DNA of 64,000 nucleotides from assembly GCF_036588685.1 (NCBI RefSeq), contig NC_086380.1, positions 12,648,001-12,712,000 on the forward strand. Reading direction: 5' to 3'. This document shows, one piece after another, positions 13,671 through 27,519 of this stretch; the first letter of the stretch is position 1; every line of letters begins with the position of its first letter. The notes beneath the pieces are model-generated. The model made no database searches. It was not told the DNA's origin and worked only from the letters and a program-made list of their open reading frames with translations. The DNA comes from Mytilus trossulus. Taxonomy: Eukaryota. Both the position numbers and the translations under genes were made by a program.

Positions 13671-15269
13671 CTGAAATTAAAAAAAAAAATTCAATTGTTG
13701 TCAGCAAACACATCTTGTTTAATTTTCGACTCAAATTATGAAAAATTCTCAAATTAATTGAAACAACAGTTTCATGTTTCATTAGTATTTTAAATAAGAC
13801 TGTTGTCCTGAAGACAATACTAGTAAGTAAAAGAAAGACAAGCTCAGTAGTAAGATCATCTGTTTTAACAATAGTATGACTTATTTCAAAACAGATGCTA
13901 GAAGAATGGGTTACACTTCTATTTGGACAATTTGAGTATAATACCAAAAATGAATATAATGGAGATTGTTAATCATAATTCCGAGTTATGTTAGATGGAA
14001 TGATATAAATTGTCCCGCGGATATTTAATAGTTAGTTTTGGTTAGCAACATCCTTCGATTTTCACAAAACATAACATTGCAATTTCTCAACAGCAACATA
14101 GATTTATTTTATGAAATATGCAAAATTATTGATTTTTTTTTGTGTGTTTATATTTGACTTATAATGTATACTCTAATATTCAGTTTCTAATAGGAGTTGA
14201 CACCATGAATTATAATTGATAATAGCATTTTGATAAATAAAGTATTAAACTTTAAATTAATCGATAGACAAAAAATGCAACCTCTAGAATAGACATGCTA
14301 GCTTTGTCGATTCAAGTGTCAGTGATTATTTCTTTCCAAGACAAAACGCGAGTCTGAAGTAAAAATCTACAGGCCAGTATTATAACATTTTTTTTAAAAC
14401 AAATATATATGATCTTTTAATGTCCTTTCTATGGTGATAATATCTTTATTCGTTTTAAAACATCTCATAGAGAATATGCATTTAACAAACATGTTCACAG
14501 CACAATTGCATCAGTTAACAGTCAATGATTAACGGAATGAAGATATCGACGATTACATCATCAACAGTGTTATATTGAATTTAAAATGTATTAGGAGAAT
14601 AATGAAAGAGAGAAAAAAGATACAAAAGGACAAATAATGAAAACAGTGATTTTTTAAGTGAGAGTATATAGTGCGAATTATCTACTGTCCGATAATTTAA
14701 TTTATTCTAGTACATCTCGTTCAAACAAACTTGAATCAATCCAAAACAGAGGTGTAAGGACATAGAAAATAGGCTTTAAAAAATACAAATACACAAAAAA
14801 ACATGTAATCTAGTTTTAAAAGTACCAATCTAAAACGCCTTTACTGAAAATAAAAAAGTGGAAAATGAATGTGAGACACTGCCTTTTTTGAAGAAATCTG
14901 ATAATGAAAATAATTAATAAAATGATCGTAGAAAATGATTACCCAGAGAAAACTGTGATTATGAACTGTATGCACCATTACAGAAGCCGATGTAGCCAAA
15001 ACGTATATTTGAACTTATTATTCAAGAAGACCAAAACTTGTAAAACTATTGTCTTTCCGTAATATACTAGTAGGGGAATTCGGCAAAATAAAGCTGTAAT
15101 TGATGACTGTATTGTATATTGTTTTGTGTTAATCTTTGACTCGTAACTGATGCTATTGTGCTGCGAACATGTTTGTTTCAGGGTGTTTTTCACAATCAAC
15201 ACTCAGGCTCAGTATAAGGTAAAGAAGAACTTTGTCCAAACTTCATGGAAATTTGTCAAATATGGACAG

Positions 15270-15600
15270 AAGCTTATGCGCGTTGATTTTGTTGAACAAG
15301 GAATACTGTTTTCATAAAAATTGCTAAGACAGGGCTATGCATCATTTAAATTAAGGTCATCACTCAAGAAATTTTACGATCGCCATCATGAGCTGATTGG
15401 CCATTAAGATAAAAGTGTGTCTAATATCATATCTGATATTCTTCCTCAGTCATAATAACCTTCCATCATTACTGAACTGAATAAAGAAGTAACATGAGGA
15501 GTGCCGTATACGGTGCAGGAAATGCTTACCATTCCGGAGTACCTAATTTCACTCCCGGTTTTTAGTGGAGTTCGTGTTGTTTCTTAATCATTATTTATAA
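15270..15600 (+). mobile_element. Penelope-like element, RT C-terminal/3' fragment
   Basis: KLLRQGYASFKLRSSLKKFYDRHHELI resembles the PLE thumb-region motif; degenerate. Confidence 0.65.
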
Positions 15601-16113
15601 CTGTTGATGTAAATGTCCTTTGGGTTTGTGAGTCTTTGTTTTCTCAGTGCTTTTGATTGTTACTGTCTCATAACCAATATACAGGTTCCAGTGCAAAATT
15701 TAGGGAATATTTTCTTTTTTCTTTTTCCATATTTAACCGAAAAACGGACCATTTTATAAGTAATCATGTTTTTAAGTCGGGGATTTAAGTTGAAATTTGT
15801 TGCACATCGACTACATTGTCAAACCTTCGTTTATAAAAGCTATAACAGAAGCTTCTAAATGATTCATAAAAAATGTCTGAAGCAAACCTTTTTAAATATA
15901 TTTTCTTCATTTTTAGTATTTTTAAAACGATTCCGTTTGTTACAGTTATTATTTACAGTCGGCCATGGGTTACCTTGTTTTGACAAAACAAAATTTGCTA
16001 CCTTCTTAGAATTTTTATGAAACTTGAACAGAAGCTTGTGTTCAAGACCAAGAAAGAGCATCCAAAAAAACTGTTTGATTATTATTGAAATTCCACATAT
16101 ACGCCTTTTGTAA

Positions 16114-16387
16114 GGTGGTACCTAACATTACAGGGAGATCACTCCGTGAAATCAGCTAAACGTTTTAATTACGTTGTGTTGTAAAAGGAATTATTATTAT
16201 TCTCAATGATCAAAATAAGTGTTTGTCAAACTGCTATATAACCAGTGTAATTTTTCTGATAAAGCGGTTGTTTCAAATCTTTTGAATTTTTTATATTTTT
16301 GTCAAAGGTTCAAAGTAAAGACTTTGTCAAAATTTTAAGAAAATTAAACGAGCCAAATTAATTTTAGTTAAAGTGTTGGGTACCACC
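16114..16387. mobile_element. MITE with GGTGGTACC TIRs (Kolobok-like)
   Basis: ggtggtacctaaca ... tgttgggtaccacc, flanked by gtaa / ttaa. Confidence 0.75.
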
Positions 16388-16629
16388 TTAAGTCAGAATT
16401 ACACGTAAACATTGACAGCAGCAATCGCAGGCGAGACACATGGTTCCGCTGAACCACTTATGAATCATTTAATATATTAAACTAGTGTCATATCCAAATT
16501 TTCCGTTAAATATACGTGACCTGTTGATCTGCACAACTGTACAATTGTATTTTAAATGCTAATAATTGTCAATAAGACCTCCGATATATGGTTTAAAATT
16601 TGTTTATTATGTTTCTGCAAACTTATTAC

Positions 16630-19600
16630 CATTTTTATATCTTCTACGGCTTTCCAGAGAATATCCCCAGTATTTAAATGCACGTTATTTACAAAGTATT
16701 CATCATTTTTAAACGCAATTTAAGGCAGAAATAGAACACAAAAAAGAAGAGGGGAGGAACCATGTGTAATTCCAAATGCCAAAAAAATCTAAGGCTCTCT
16801 CTTTGTAGTGATAGACATTTCTGAATTTTTTCCAACAATGCAAATTGTTTTGCATACAGTGAATTTATTCATATAATTCTATCATTCATAATTCAACTAT
16901 TTTTGGTGATACATTCGGTGCGGAACTTTCTCTATCAGTAAGACTGACCCTGTGGTTGTTAAAAACTCATTACGTTTGCCTGACGCGCGTAAATAGAGAG
17001 TTATCACCACAGTACTATTATAAGCTTAAGGATTAGTTCTAATAGCTTTCCCACCCGTACGATTTGGTACTATCCCTTTTCCACTCATTTCCTGAAAGAT
17101 TAGTTTTCACCGCTGTTCCACTCAGTGCAAACAAAATCAAGGTTGCTAAATACAGTACCATACTTTTGTACAAAGACAAATTCCAGTTCCTAACACTTTC
17201 CTTGAACACTTAAGACGTTTACACTAATCTAAACAAAAATAGTTTGTCAATAGTATAAATTTAAAACCGAAAAAGTTCAGGTGTATTAAAACACCTGTGT
17301 TATTAAAATAAAAAATACATGATGTAGTAAAAATATAACAACATTCAATTGATCTTCAAAGTTCAAAAGTTTACAAATCAACGAACCTTTTGAATTTGAT
17401 TTAGTTCATGTTATCTAAACCTATCTTTGAAATATTATTTGTTGCAAGTTAACATGCACAGTTCTTAAACTTATTAGTTAAAATTTAATCTTTAAAGTAA
17501 AAAGTGTAAATGATGGAAAGAGTCATAATATTTTCAAAAAGGTCTTTCTAAATTTGTCTGACATATTTCTCAATTCTTAAACAACATACAGAATTAGTAG
17601 AAAAGAAAGAAAATCTTGCAGCTGTATATCAATTCAATACACATAAGGTTGTAAGAAAATGATACTTTGGAGGTAGAAAAGGTTAGTCAGCCTCAAATGA
17701 GCAATGTGCATGTGGTATTGTATCGATCGTGTTTTTTTATATTCTTCCATTTAGTAATTTTATTTACAGGTGTTTATGTATTTATCTAAGATAGCGTTTA
17801 ATATTTGGCGTTTCAGCATTTATCATGAGTGTGAACCCTTTAAAAGGTGAAAAAAGCACGTCATACGTTTCATGCGTTTGCAACACTTTCCGGGATTTAC
17901 CATCACCAAGAACGCTCAAACCCGAGTATTTGAAAGCAAATGATGTATATAGTCGGAAATTTTGAAAGGTTATAAAAATAGTAGAATCCATATAAGGCCA
18001 GCTTTATAATAGTGGAGTTGAAACCTTAGTTTCTATATAATTGAAAAAATAATGTATGCGTTTTTGTCATATTATAGGATGATAGTTTGTGCAAAATGCA
18101 GTGAACGAGATAACTATAGTTGTTAATGACTGTGTCATTTTGGTCTTTTGTGGATAGTTGTCTCATTGGCAATCATTCTACATCTTCTTCTTTATAGAAA
18201 CATTATGTTTCTTATGTTCAACGATAACAAAAGGTCTGCGTAAGTCCACATTACCCTCGATAAAGTCTTTCATTGATTTTTGTGATGGATTATGCATGTT
18301 TCCCTTTTTCAATTTATATTGGAGCTCTGTAATTTTGTTGATTCTTTTTTTCATATTTGGAATTGGCATGTTACCTAGTACTTCATGGAGAGTGCGGGCG
18401 CCATCATCCAATCGATTTGCATGATCAATTAAAAATCAAAAACAATATACATCTTAAAAAATACTACGATTTGTTTTCAAGTAATAACTCACTATTATTT
18501 GACAGGAGCTATCTGACAAACTAAACTGAGATGCTCATTCATGATTCTATTGCAATGCTTGTTCACCCGTCAGCTATTCTGTCATGATAATTGTTCACGA
18601 TATACCCAATGACATTGATTTGATTATACATGTAGCAACAACTCATGCAATAAATAAAGGAGAATGACAATTTCATAGTATTTCTAACAATCCAGATAGA
18701 CACTATACAAACATTCTGAAAGTAGAAAACATAAGTACGCTGAGCCTCAGTCTTGTCTTTATTAGCGACCTAAAAAAATCAAACAACCGACAAACCCGAC
18801 AACTATTTACAAATTTATCTTCATACGTTTGACTGGAAATGGTAACTTAAATGTTGTTGTTTTTTATGTATTTCATATTTTACAGACTATATATGGTTGC
18901 CAATTACATTATATATTATTCATAAGAGAAAACTAAAATGATGAAGGAAAAAAATTGCGCGCAACCGTGACCTATATTTGTTAATTTCTGTATTATTGTT
19001 ATTTTGTAGGCAGTTGTCTCACTGTCAATGAAACCCTATCTTCTTTGTTATAATAGATTATCATTAAATGAAAATTAAATTCATTTATTGAAATGACATA
19101 ACCATGTATTGAGACTCGACAAATCGAGTCGTCCTTTGCTCTTAGTTTGCCAATTTGAGCATGTGATAGTCGAGTAGTAAAAGTTCGTGCAACTTAACGG
19201 TCACTTTTACCTTGAAAACCGAATGAAGAGGACGTCATAACAAAAAAAAATCTACATACACTATCAAGTTAAGTTAGTTTTAATTAGTTTATTTAAGAAT
19301 TCATATTTTGAATTTAATTCGGATATAAAGATTTCATTTATGTTTTTTTTTGTAATAATTAATTTAACTTATTACTGCGTCAAATTTAATATGCGTCTGG
19401 GCCACGGGGTATTGGAAAATTTTAAATGTATAATTTTTAATAGTACAAGCATTACCTAAATATGTACAATTTCACATTTTATTTTATTCTTGATGCAAAA
19501 TATTAAAGTGTACCTGCTTTAATTTGTAGAGACAGGTAGGTGCATGTTTACAGGTTAAGTTTACTATAAATAATTTATATATTTGAAATGTCACAACAGA

Positions 19601-21083
19601 AAACTCCTGATAAACCTGTACCGGTAAGAAATAATTTAGAAAAGAGACAATTTCAGGAATTGATTTATTAGTTTGAGCTTAAATGATTCAGTTTTTAGAT
19701 ATGAATAAAAATGAATACTGAAGTCGATGCATTTAAAAACTGTTATAAAAAAAAATCAAGAGACAAAATACTTATTATGTGATGTTAGTAAGTACATGTA
19801 CTTCAATTTTTAACATGTTTTGTTTATACGAAGAAATAGGAATTGGCGCACACGAGTGCCCGATTTTAAGGCAACCACCAGAGAGACGACGCGGATGGAG
19901 AAACCGTGTAGTTGCTGCACTAGAAATTCAAGATATGAGGTCATTTGTTGGTGAAGTACAAGCACTACTTTCTCTACAAATCCAGGCTCCGGTGCCAATT
20001 GAAAGACAACCTGCCTTTTAAGATTCCGTAACACCAGCACTGAACGTACAAGTGCCATTTGCGCAAGCTGAAATACCAGCTCATTTGCCAATGCTTAATT
20101 GAAATGGTGAGATAAATAATGATCCTATGCTTATACCCAATCAATCAGAATTTATCGATTTGTCATTACTTCTCCATCAATTTGTTTTAAATTGACAGAC
20201 CTCAAAATTTTATAAGTAATGATAATACAGCCGGTTCATTTGAAATCACATCAAACAAAATCAGCATTGAGACATGGACTGATGCATTTATAAATTGTAT
20301 GAAAATATTAATTCAACGTTTTCCAAGTTTAGCTAGTGAATTGACTGCTCAATCATTAGGGGGACCCAAGTGTCTTTTAAGAAGATTTATTGTTATGACC
20401 GGAAATTAAGATTAAGAATGGCAAACAATCCTACAAGATCTTGGTCTTCCATTGATGGCATTTTATGATACATCGTCATAGCTAATGGGGAACCGGAGGG
20501 TAATACGTTTACTATAGTATGGTATTCGTCTTTTGTCAATTCTATTGTTATGATTAAAAGGTTGGGTTGAAATGTTGAAATTAGAAAAAAAGGACATAAC
20601 ATCCGCCTTCAGATTGTTAAAAATTTATTCAGGGGACTTGATCTATTAGGGTTTAAACTTAATGAATAACATTTCATAGATAAATCATTGCCTTTTTGGT
20701 ACTCAGAATCAAATTGCTTATTCGAAACATTTTTAACTTTTATTCAATGGGCTGTCATTAATGAGTCCAATTCAAATAATCTTGATCATTATATGGATGA
20801 TTTTTTTTTGCCAGTAAAAGCAACAGCGAGGACTGTAAAAATCTGAAGAATAGTTTTGATAGAGTATGTTGTCGTCCTGGAGTACCAATTGCTCATGAAA
20901 AATCAGAAGGTCCAACAACAAAGCTTAGTTATTTAGGTTTTATTTATAGACACAGCAACAAATGCTACTACAAATTTCGGAGGACAAATTCAAAGATCGA
21001 AAATAATGTCATAAAATTGTGAAACTATAGTCAAATAGACAAAATGATCTCTCTTCTTTAAAATGCATGATTGATAAGGAAAC
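16630..21083. repeat. Tandem duplication unit 1 (~4.45 kb)
   Basis: Near-identical to 21083-28795 once the BEL insertion is removed; catttt microhomology at the junctions. Confidence 0.95.
19800..21030 (+). mobile_element. Degenerate DIRS/Ngaro retroelement relic (gag + RT fragments)
   Basis: IETWTDAFINCMKILIQRFP (gag-like); IDKSLPF, NNLDHYMDDFFF and GVPIAHEKSEGPTTKLSYLGF (YR-element RT); many disruptions. Confidence 0.75.
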
Positions 21084-21528
21084 ATTTTTTATATCTTCTA
21101 CGGCTTTCCAGAGAATATCCCCAGTATTTAAATGCACGTTATTTACAAAGTATTCATCATGTTTAAACGCAATTTAAGGTAAAAATAGAATACAAAAATG
21201 AAGAGGGGAGGAACCATGTGTAATTCCAAATGCCAAAAAAATCTAAGGCTCTCTTTCGTAGTGGTAGACATTTCTGAATTTTTTCCAACAATGCAAATTG
21301 TTTTGCATACAGTGAATTTATTCATATAATTCTATCATTCATAATTCAACTATTTTTGGTGATTCATTCGGTGCGGAACTTTCTCTATCAGTAAGACTGA
21401 CCCTGTGGTTGTTAAAAACTCATTACGTTTGCCTGACGCGCGTATATAGAGAGTTCTCACCACAGTACTATTATAAGCTTAAGGATTAATTCTAATAGCT
21501 TTCCCACCCGTACGATTTGGTATTATCC

Positions 21529-21683
21529 TGTTGAGAAACCCACGAACATTAGCGTGACGTCCTGCGGACGTCGGTAAGGAACTTTAGTTGTAACGTCATT
21601 TCCTTTGTTGTTGTTACTTTATACATGAATGTGGCTTATGCAATACAAATATACACCTTAGAACTTTTGTTTCCTTCACGATA
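21529..21683 (+). repeat. 5' LTR of BEL/Pao element
   Basis: TGTTGAGAAACC...CACGATA; 6 differences from the 3' LTR by eye. Confidence 0.95.
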
Positions 21684-21707
21684 TTATGGTGCCGTGACTG
21701 CTGGAAA

Positions 21708-23745
21708 ATGTCAACAAAGTTAAAAGGAACACGTTCGGGACACAGGAGCGCTCTCACAAGGCTTTGGCGGAGATTTGACGATGTGAAATCAATCGAAGAG
21801 TTCGACAGAGATGAACTTTCAACCATTTTGGATTTGATCATTGATAAGCAAAGATTTTTGTCAGACTTGAACAATCAAATTATTAGTGAATTATCGGAAG
21901 AGGAACTTGAAGCGGAAATTTCTGATTCAGATGAGTATTCTATAACTTTAGAGACAAAAATACGCAAAATGCGTAAATTTTTAGAACCAACCGCCCGAAG
22001 CTATTCACTCCCAGTAACAGATAGTTCACTTAACCCCTTAGCTCAGAGCTTTGATGTCAATAGAAACCAAACAGCATCGTTCAATTCACAACTCATGTAC
22101 GCTCCTCATATGTCAAACAGCAACAACCAATTTCACAAATTACCAAAGTTAGAACTTTCTAAATTCGACGGCAACATTCTAAATTGGCAATATTCTGGGA
22201 ATCTTACGACACAGCAATTCATAGTAATCCCTCATTTACAGACGCCCAGAAATTCAACTATTTGAAAACACTACTTCAAAACGAGGCTTTGACTACAGTT
22301 TCGGGTTTTACGCTTACAAATTTAAACTACAGTAAAGCAATAGATTTGTTACACCAGCGATTTGGACAGACTCAAAAAATCACGCACACGTACATGCAGA
22401 CTTTGTTAGCTCTACCCGCACCCGATAGTACAGTACAGTCATGCCGCAGATTTTATGATAAGTCAGAAACGCTCATAAGAGGACTAGAATCACTAGGTCA
22501 AAGTCAGGAATCATATGGTGCATTACTTATACCTATTATGCTCAACAAATTACCAAGTAGAATTAAGGAGAATATTACCCTTGAACATGGTTCAATACAG
22601 TGGTCGCTTGATGAACTCATACAATGCTTATTCAATGAGATAAGTATATTAGAAGCCGGACAAAGAGTTAATTTAGAATCAGATGAAACATTGCATAGCA
22701 CAGTATACCTTGCTAAAACTGACACAAAGAATTACAACAATAACAATAACAGAAAGCAACCGAGAATTGAGGTAGCCGTTCACACGCGGAAACCATGTAT
22801 TTATTGCGGTGAGTCTCATAGCCCTAATACATGTATGAAAATTGTTGACCAAAAAGCCCGTCTAGAAATCCTTAAACAAAAGAAAGCTTGTTTTAATTGT
22901 CTTGGCAACCACCGAGTTACAGATTGTAAGTCTAAAGGAACTTGTAAACAATGTGGACGAAAACATCATACCAATATTTGTTTAAATAAGAGTCAGTCTT
23001 CGTTTTCTAGCAACAGTATTTCGAATCATAACAATAAAGATAATAAACCCGCTTCATCAGATAAGCAAGATATAGCCGAAACCGCATCAACAATGCACTG
23101 TACTACATATTCACAAGTACTTCTCAAGACTGCGATAGCTATGGTGCACTCAAACGCGCAAATCAGTATGGATGCAAACATACTATTCGACGAAGGGGCT
23201 CAGCGCTCATTTATTACAAAAAGTCTAGCGGAGCAACTAGAACTAAAACAAAACAGAACAGAAGCCATATCAATTTCTGGATTTGGAGGAGGTAACGGAT
23301 CAGTACGCCGTTTGAAAACCGCTGACATATTTGTACTCACGGAAGACGGAAGCCGTATTCAGCTGAATATACTCATTGTTCCTGAAATAGCTTCACCGAT
23401 ACGGATACATACTACCGAGACAACTACATGTAACTTACCATACTTGCGCGGATTAAAACTGGCACACCCGCTTTCAGGACATGACGTTTTTCTCATTAAA
23501 TTTATTGATAGGCGCTGACCATGATTGGGATTTCATTGAAGATCAGATAATACGAGGCAACGGTCCAACTGCAGTCAAGTCAAGAATAGGGTATTTGCTA
23601 TCCGGCCCGACACAGAAATCAACAGAAGTAACTACTTCAATGATGAACATTTGAATTAGACACAAAGAAGAGGAATATGATTTAGAAAACTTCTGGAAAA
23701 TCGAGTCATTAGGAATAACGCCTCAGAATAAGGAAAAATCAAACG
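21708..23745 (+). pseudogene. BEL/Pao gag-protease region (frameshifted)
   Basis: KLPKLELSKFDGN (DUF1759-type gag), three Cys/His knuckles (CIYCGESHSPNTC, CFNCLGNHRVTDC, CKQCGRKHHTNIC), and aspartic protease LFDEGAQRSF. Confidence 0.9.
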
Positions 23746-24466
23746 CAGAATTTGGAACCACATGGAAATTCATACCAAAACGTGCCCCATGGTACGGCGG
23801 ATTTTGGGAAAGACTGGTTGGACTAACTAAAAAATGTCTAAAAAGATTATTGGACGCGCATGTATAGATTTACCTCTGTTACAGACATTAGTGGTGGAAA
23901 TTGAAGCTAACCTTAACAATAGACCGCTTACCTATATATCGTCGGACATTGCCGATCCAGAGCCGCTTACCCCGTCGCATCTATTGTATGAAAGACAAAT
24001 TAAATCTTTCCCGTATCCGTTATATACAGATGAAACAGACAGTTATAGTGCCGATTTAACAACCAATCACGAAACTATGAATGATCAAGCGAAAAGGAGA
24101 TTCCGTCTAATTGAACAATTTTTAGCAAGATGGAAACACGAGTATTTGACCTCCTTACGTGAATTTCACCGAGTGTCTGGAAATAACAATCAAAGTGTAA
24201 AACAAGGAGATGTAGTCCAGATATATGATGATAATTCTCCACGTACGACGTGGAAACTCGGTGTAATTGAAGAACTTACCTACGGAAACGATAACCTTGT
24301 GCGATCTGCGACGGTCCGAACATCTAACTCTAAACTAAACAGACCAATTGTCAAGTTATATCCTTTGAAGATTTGTGAATCCGACTCAATTACTACACAG
24401 ACGCATAGATATCAGCGAAGAGCCAAGACAGATGCCGTAGAGAAAATCAGAGAGTGTTTAAAGTGA
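23745..24466 (+). pseudogene. BEL/Pao integrase C-terminal half
   Basis: WKFIPKRAPWYGGFWERLVG, EIEANLNNRPLT, PLTPSHLL, RWKHEYL, RPIVKLYPL. Confidence 0.9.
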
Positions 24467-24642
24467 CTTTTTTCAATTATATTCAAGTGAAGTGACAGTA
24501 AATTTAAATTATTTAATTTATATGAGACATTAATTTTAAAGGAAATATTTCATTTCATTTATTTGTAAAAGTTCATTCAGTTCTAGAACAATTCATTTAA
24601 TTTATTCAGTATATTTGAGACACTTTCTGCGGCCCCGGAGAA

Positions 24643-24797
24643 TGTTGAGAAACCCACGAACTTTAGCGTGACGTTCTGCGGACGTCGGTAAGGAACTTTA
24701 ATTGTAGCGTCATTTCTTTTGTTGTTGTTACTTTATACATGAATGTGGCTTATGCAATACAAAAATACACCTTAGAACTTTTGTTTCCTTCACGATA
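24643..24797 (+). repeat. 3' LTR of BEL/Pao element
   Basis: Direct repeat of 21529-21683, followed by TSD TATCC. Confidence 0.95.
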
Positions 24798-27519
24798 TAT
24801 CCCTTTTCCACTCATTACCTGAGAGATTAGTTTTCACCGCTGTTCCGCTCAGTGCAAACAAAATCAAGGTTGCTAAATACAGTACCATACTTTTGTACAA
24901 AGACAAATTCCAGTTCCTAACACTTTTCTTGAACACTTAAGACGTTAACACTAATCTAAACAAAAATAGTTTGTCAATAGTATAAATTTAAAACCGAATA
25001 AAGTTCCGGTGTATTAAAACACCTGTGTTATTAAAATAAAAAAAACATGATGTAGTAAAAATATAACAACATTCAATTGATCTTCAAAGTTCAAAAGTTT
25101 ACAATTCAACGAACCTTTTGAATTTGATTTAGTTCATGTTATCTAAACCTATCTTTGAAATATTATTTGTTGCAAGTTAACATGCACAGTTCTTAAACTT
25201 ATTAGTTAAAATTTAATCTTTAAAGTAAAAAGTGTAAATGATGGAAAGAGTCATAATATTTTCAAAAAGGTCTTTCCAAATTTGTCTGACATATTTTCGC
25301 AATTCTTAAACAACATACAGAATTAGTAGAAAAGAAAGAAAATCTTACAGCTGTATATCAATTCAATACACATAAGGTTGTAAGAAAATGATACTTTGGA
25401 GGTAGAAAAGGTTAGTCAGCCTCAAATGAGCAATGTGCATGTGGTATTGTATCGATCGTGTTTTTTTATATTCTTCCATTTAGTAATTTTATTTACAGGT
25501 GTTTATGTATTTATCTAAGATAGCGTTTAATATTTGGCGTTTAAGCATTTATTATGAGTGTGAACCCTTTAAAAGGTGAAAAAAGCACGTCATACGTTTC
25601 ATGCGTTTGCAACACTTTCCGGGATTTACCATCACCAAGAACGCTCGAATCCGAGTATTTGAAAGCAAATGATGTATATAGTCGGAAATTTTGAAAGGTT
25701 ATAAAAATAGTAGAATCCATATAAGGCCAGCTTTATTATAGTGGAGTTGAAACCTTAGTTTCTATATAATTGAAAAAATAATGTATGCGTTTTTGTCATA
25801 TTATAGGATGATAGTTTGTGCAAAATGCAGTGAACGAGATAACTATAGTTGTTAATGACTGTGTCATTTTGGTCTTTTGTGAATAGTTGTCTCATTGGCA
25901 ATCATTCTACATCTTCTTCTTTATAGAAACATTATGTTTCTTATGTTTAACGATAACAAAAGGTCTGCGTAAGTCCACATTACCCTCGATAAAGTCTTTC
26001 ATTGATTTTTGTTATGGATTATGCATATTTCCCTTTTTCAATTTATATTGGAGCTCTGTAATTTTGTTGATTCTTTTTTTCATATTTGGAATTGACATGT
26101 TACCTAGTACTTCATGGACAGTGCGGGCGCCATCATCCAATCGATTTGCAAGATCAATCAAAAATCAAAAACAATATACATCTTAAAAAATACTACGATT
26201 TGTTTTCAAGTAATAACTCACTATTATTTGACGGGAGCTATCTGACAAACTAAACTGAGATGCTCATTCATGATTCTATTGCAATGCTTGTTCACCCGTC
26301 AGCTATTCTGTCATGATAATTGTTCACGATATACCCAATGACATTGATTTGATTATACATGTAGCAACAACTCATGCAATAAATAAAGGAGACAATTTCA
26401 TAGTATTTCTAACAATCCAGATAGACACTATACAAACATTCTGAAAGTAGAAAACATAAGTACGCTGAGCCTCAGTCTTGTCTTTACTAGCGACCTAAAA
26501 CAATCAAACAACCGACAAACCCGACAACTATTTACAAATTTATCTTCATACGTTTGACTGGAAATGGTAACTTAAATGTTGTTTTTTTATGTATTTCATA
26601 TTTTACAGACTATATATGGTTGCCAATTACATTATATATTATTCATAAGAGAAAACTAAAATGATGAAGGAAAAAAATTGCGCCCAACCGTGACCTATAT
26701 TTGTTAATTTCTGTATTATTGTTATTTTGTAGGCAGTTGTCTCACTGTCAATGAAACCCTATCTTCTTTGTTATAATAGATTATCATTAAATGAAAATTA
26801 AATTCATTTATTGAAATGACATAACCATGTATTGAGACTCGACAAATCGAGTCGTCCTTTGCTCTTATTTTGCCAATTTGAGCATGTGATAGTCGAGTAG
26901 TAAAAGTTCGTGCAACTTAACGGTCACTTTTACCTTGAAAACCGAATGAAGAGGACGTCAAAACAAAAACAAATCTACATACACTATCAAGATAAGTTAG
27001 TTTTAATTAGTTTATTTAAGAATTCATATTTTGAATTTAATTCGGATTTAAAGATTTCATTTATGTTTGTTTTTGTAATAATTAAATTAACTTATTACTG
27101 CGTCAAATTTAATATGCGTCTGGGCCACGGGGTATTGGAAAATTTTAAATGTATAATTTTTAATATTACAAGCATTACCTAAATATGTACAATTTCACAT
27201 TTTATTTTATTCTTGATGCAAAATATTAAAGTGTACATGCTATAATTTGTAGAGACAGGTAGGTGCATGTTTACAGGTTAAGTTAACTATAAATAATTTA
27301 TATATTTGAAATGTCACAACAGAAAACTCCTGATAAACCTGTACCGGTAAGAAATAATTTAGAAAAGAGACAATTTCAGGAATTGATTTATTAATTTGAG
27401 CTCAAATGATTCAGTTTTTAGATGTGAATAATTATGAATACTGAAGTTGATGCATTTAAAAACTGTTATAAAAAAAAATCAAGAGACAAAATACTTATTA
27501 TGTGATGTTAGTAATTACT

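Larger units (their letters stand above)
21529..24797 (+). mobile_element. BEL/Pao LTR retrotransposon, internally deleted (no RT/RNase H)
   Basis: 155-bp LTRs at 21529-21683 and 24643-24797; TSD TATCC (21524-28 / 24798-802); PBS TGGTGCCGTGAC (tRNA-His) at 21687; ggccccggagaa PPT-like tract; gag, protease and integrase C-terminal half. Confidence 0.95.

Noticed and set aside
15974-16110. Candidate first exon of GT25 copy 1 (phase-1 donor caag|gtaacc)
   Set aside because: The phase fits, but there is no convincing signal peptide or anchor and no homology support.
16630-16822. Exon-like segment on the minus strand with hydrophobic codons
   Set aside because: Stops in all frames before the putative donor; it cannot be joined to GT25.
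18178-18411. 77-aa ORF MDDGARTLHEVLG...
   Set aside because: No recognisable domain, the duplicate copy has an in-frame stop, and it runs into a dispersed repeat.
21529-24797. LTR divergence (6/155) looking higher than the divergence of the flanking duplication
   Set aside because: Too few sites for the difference to mean anything.
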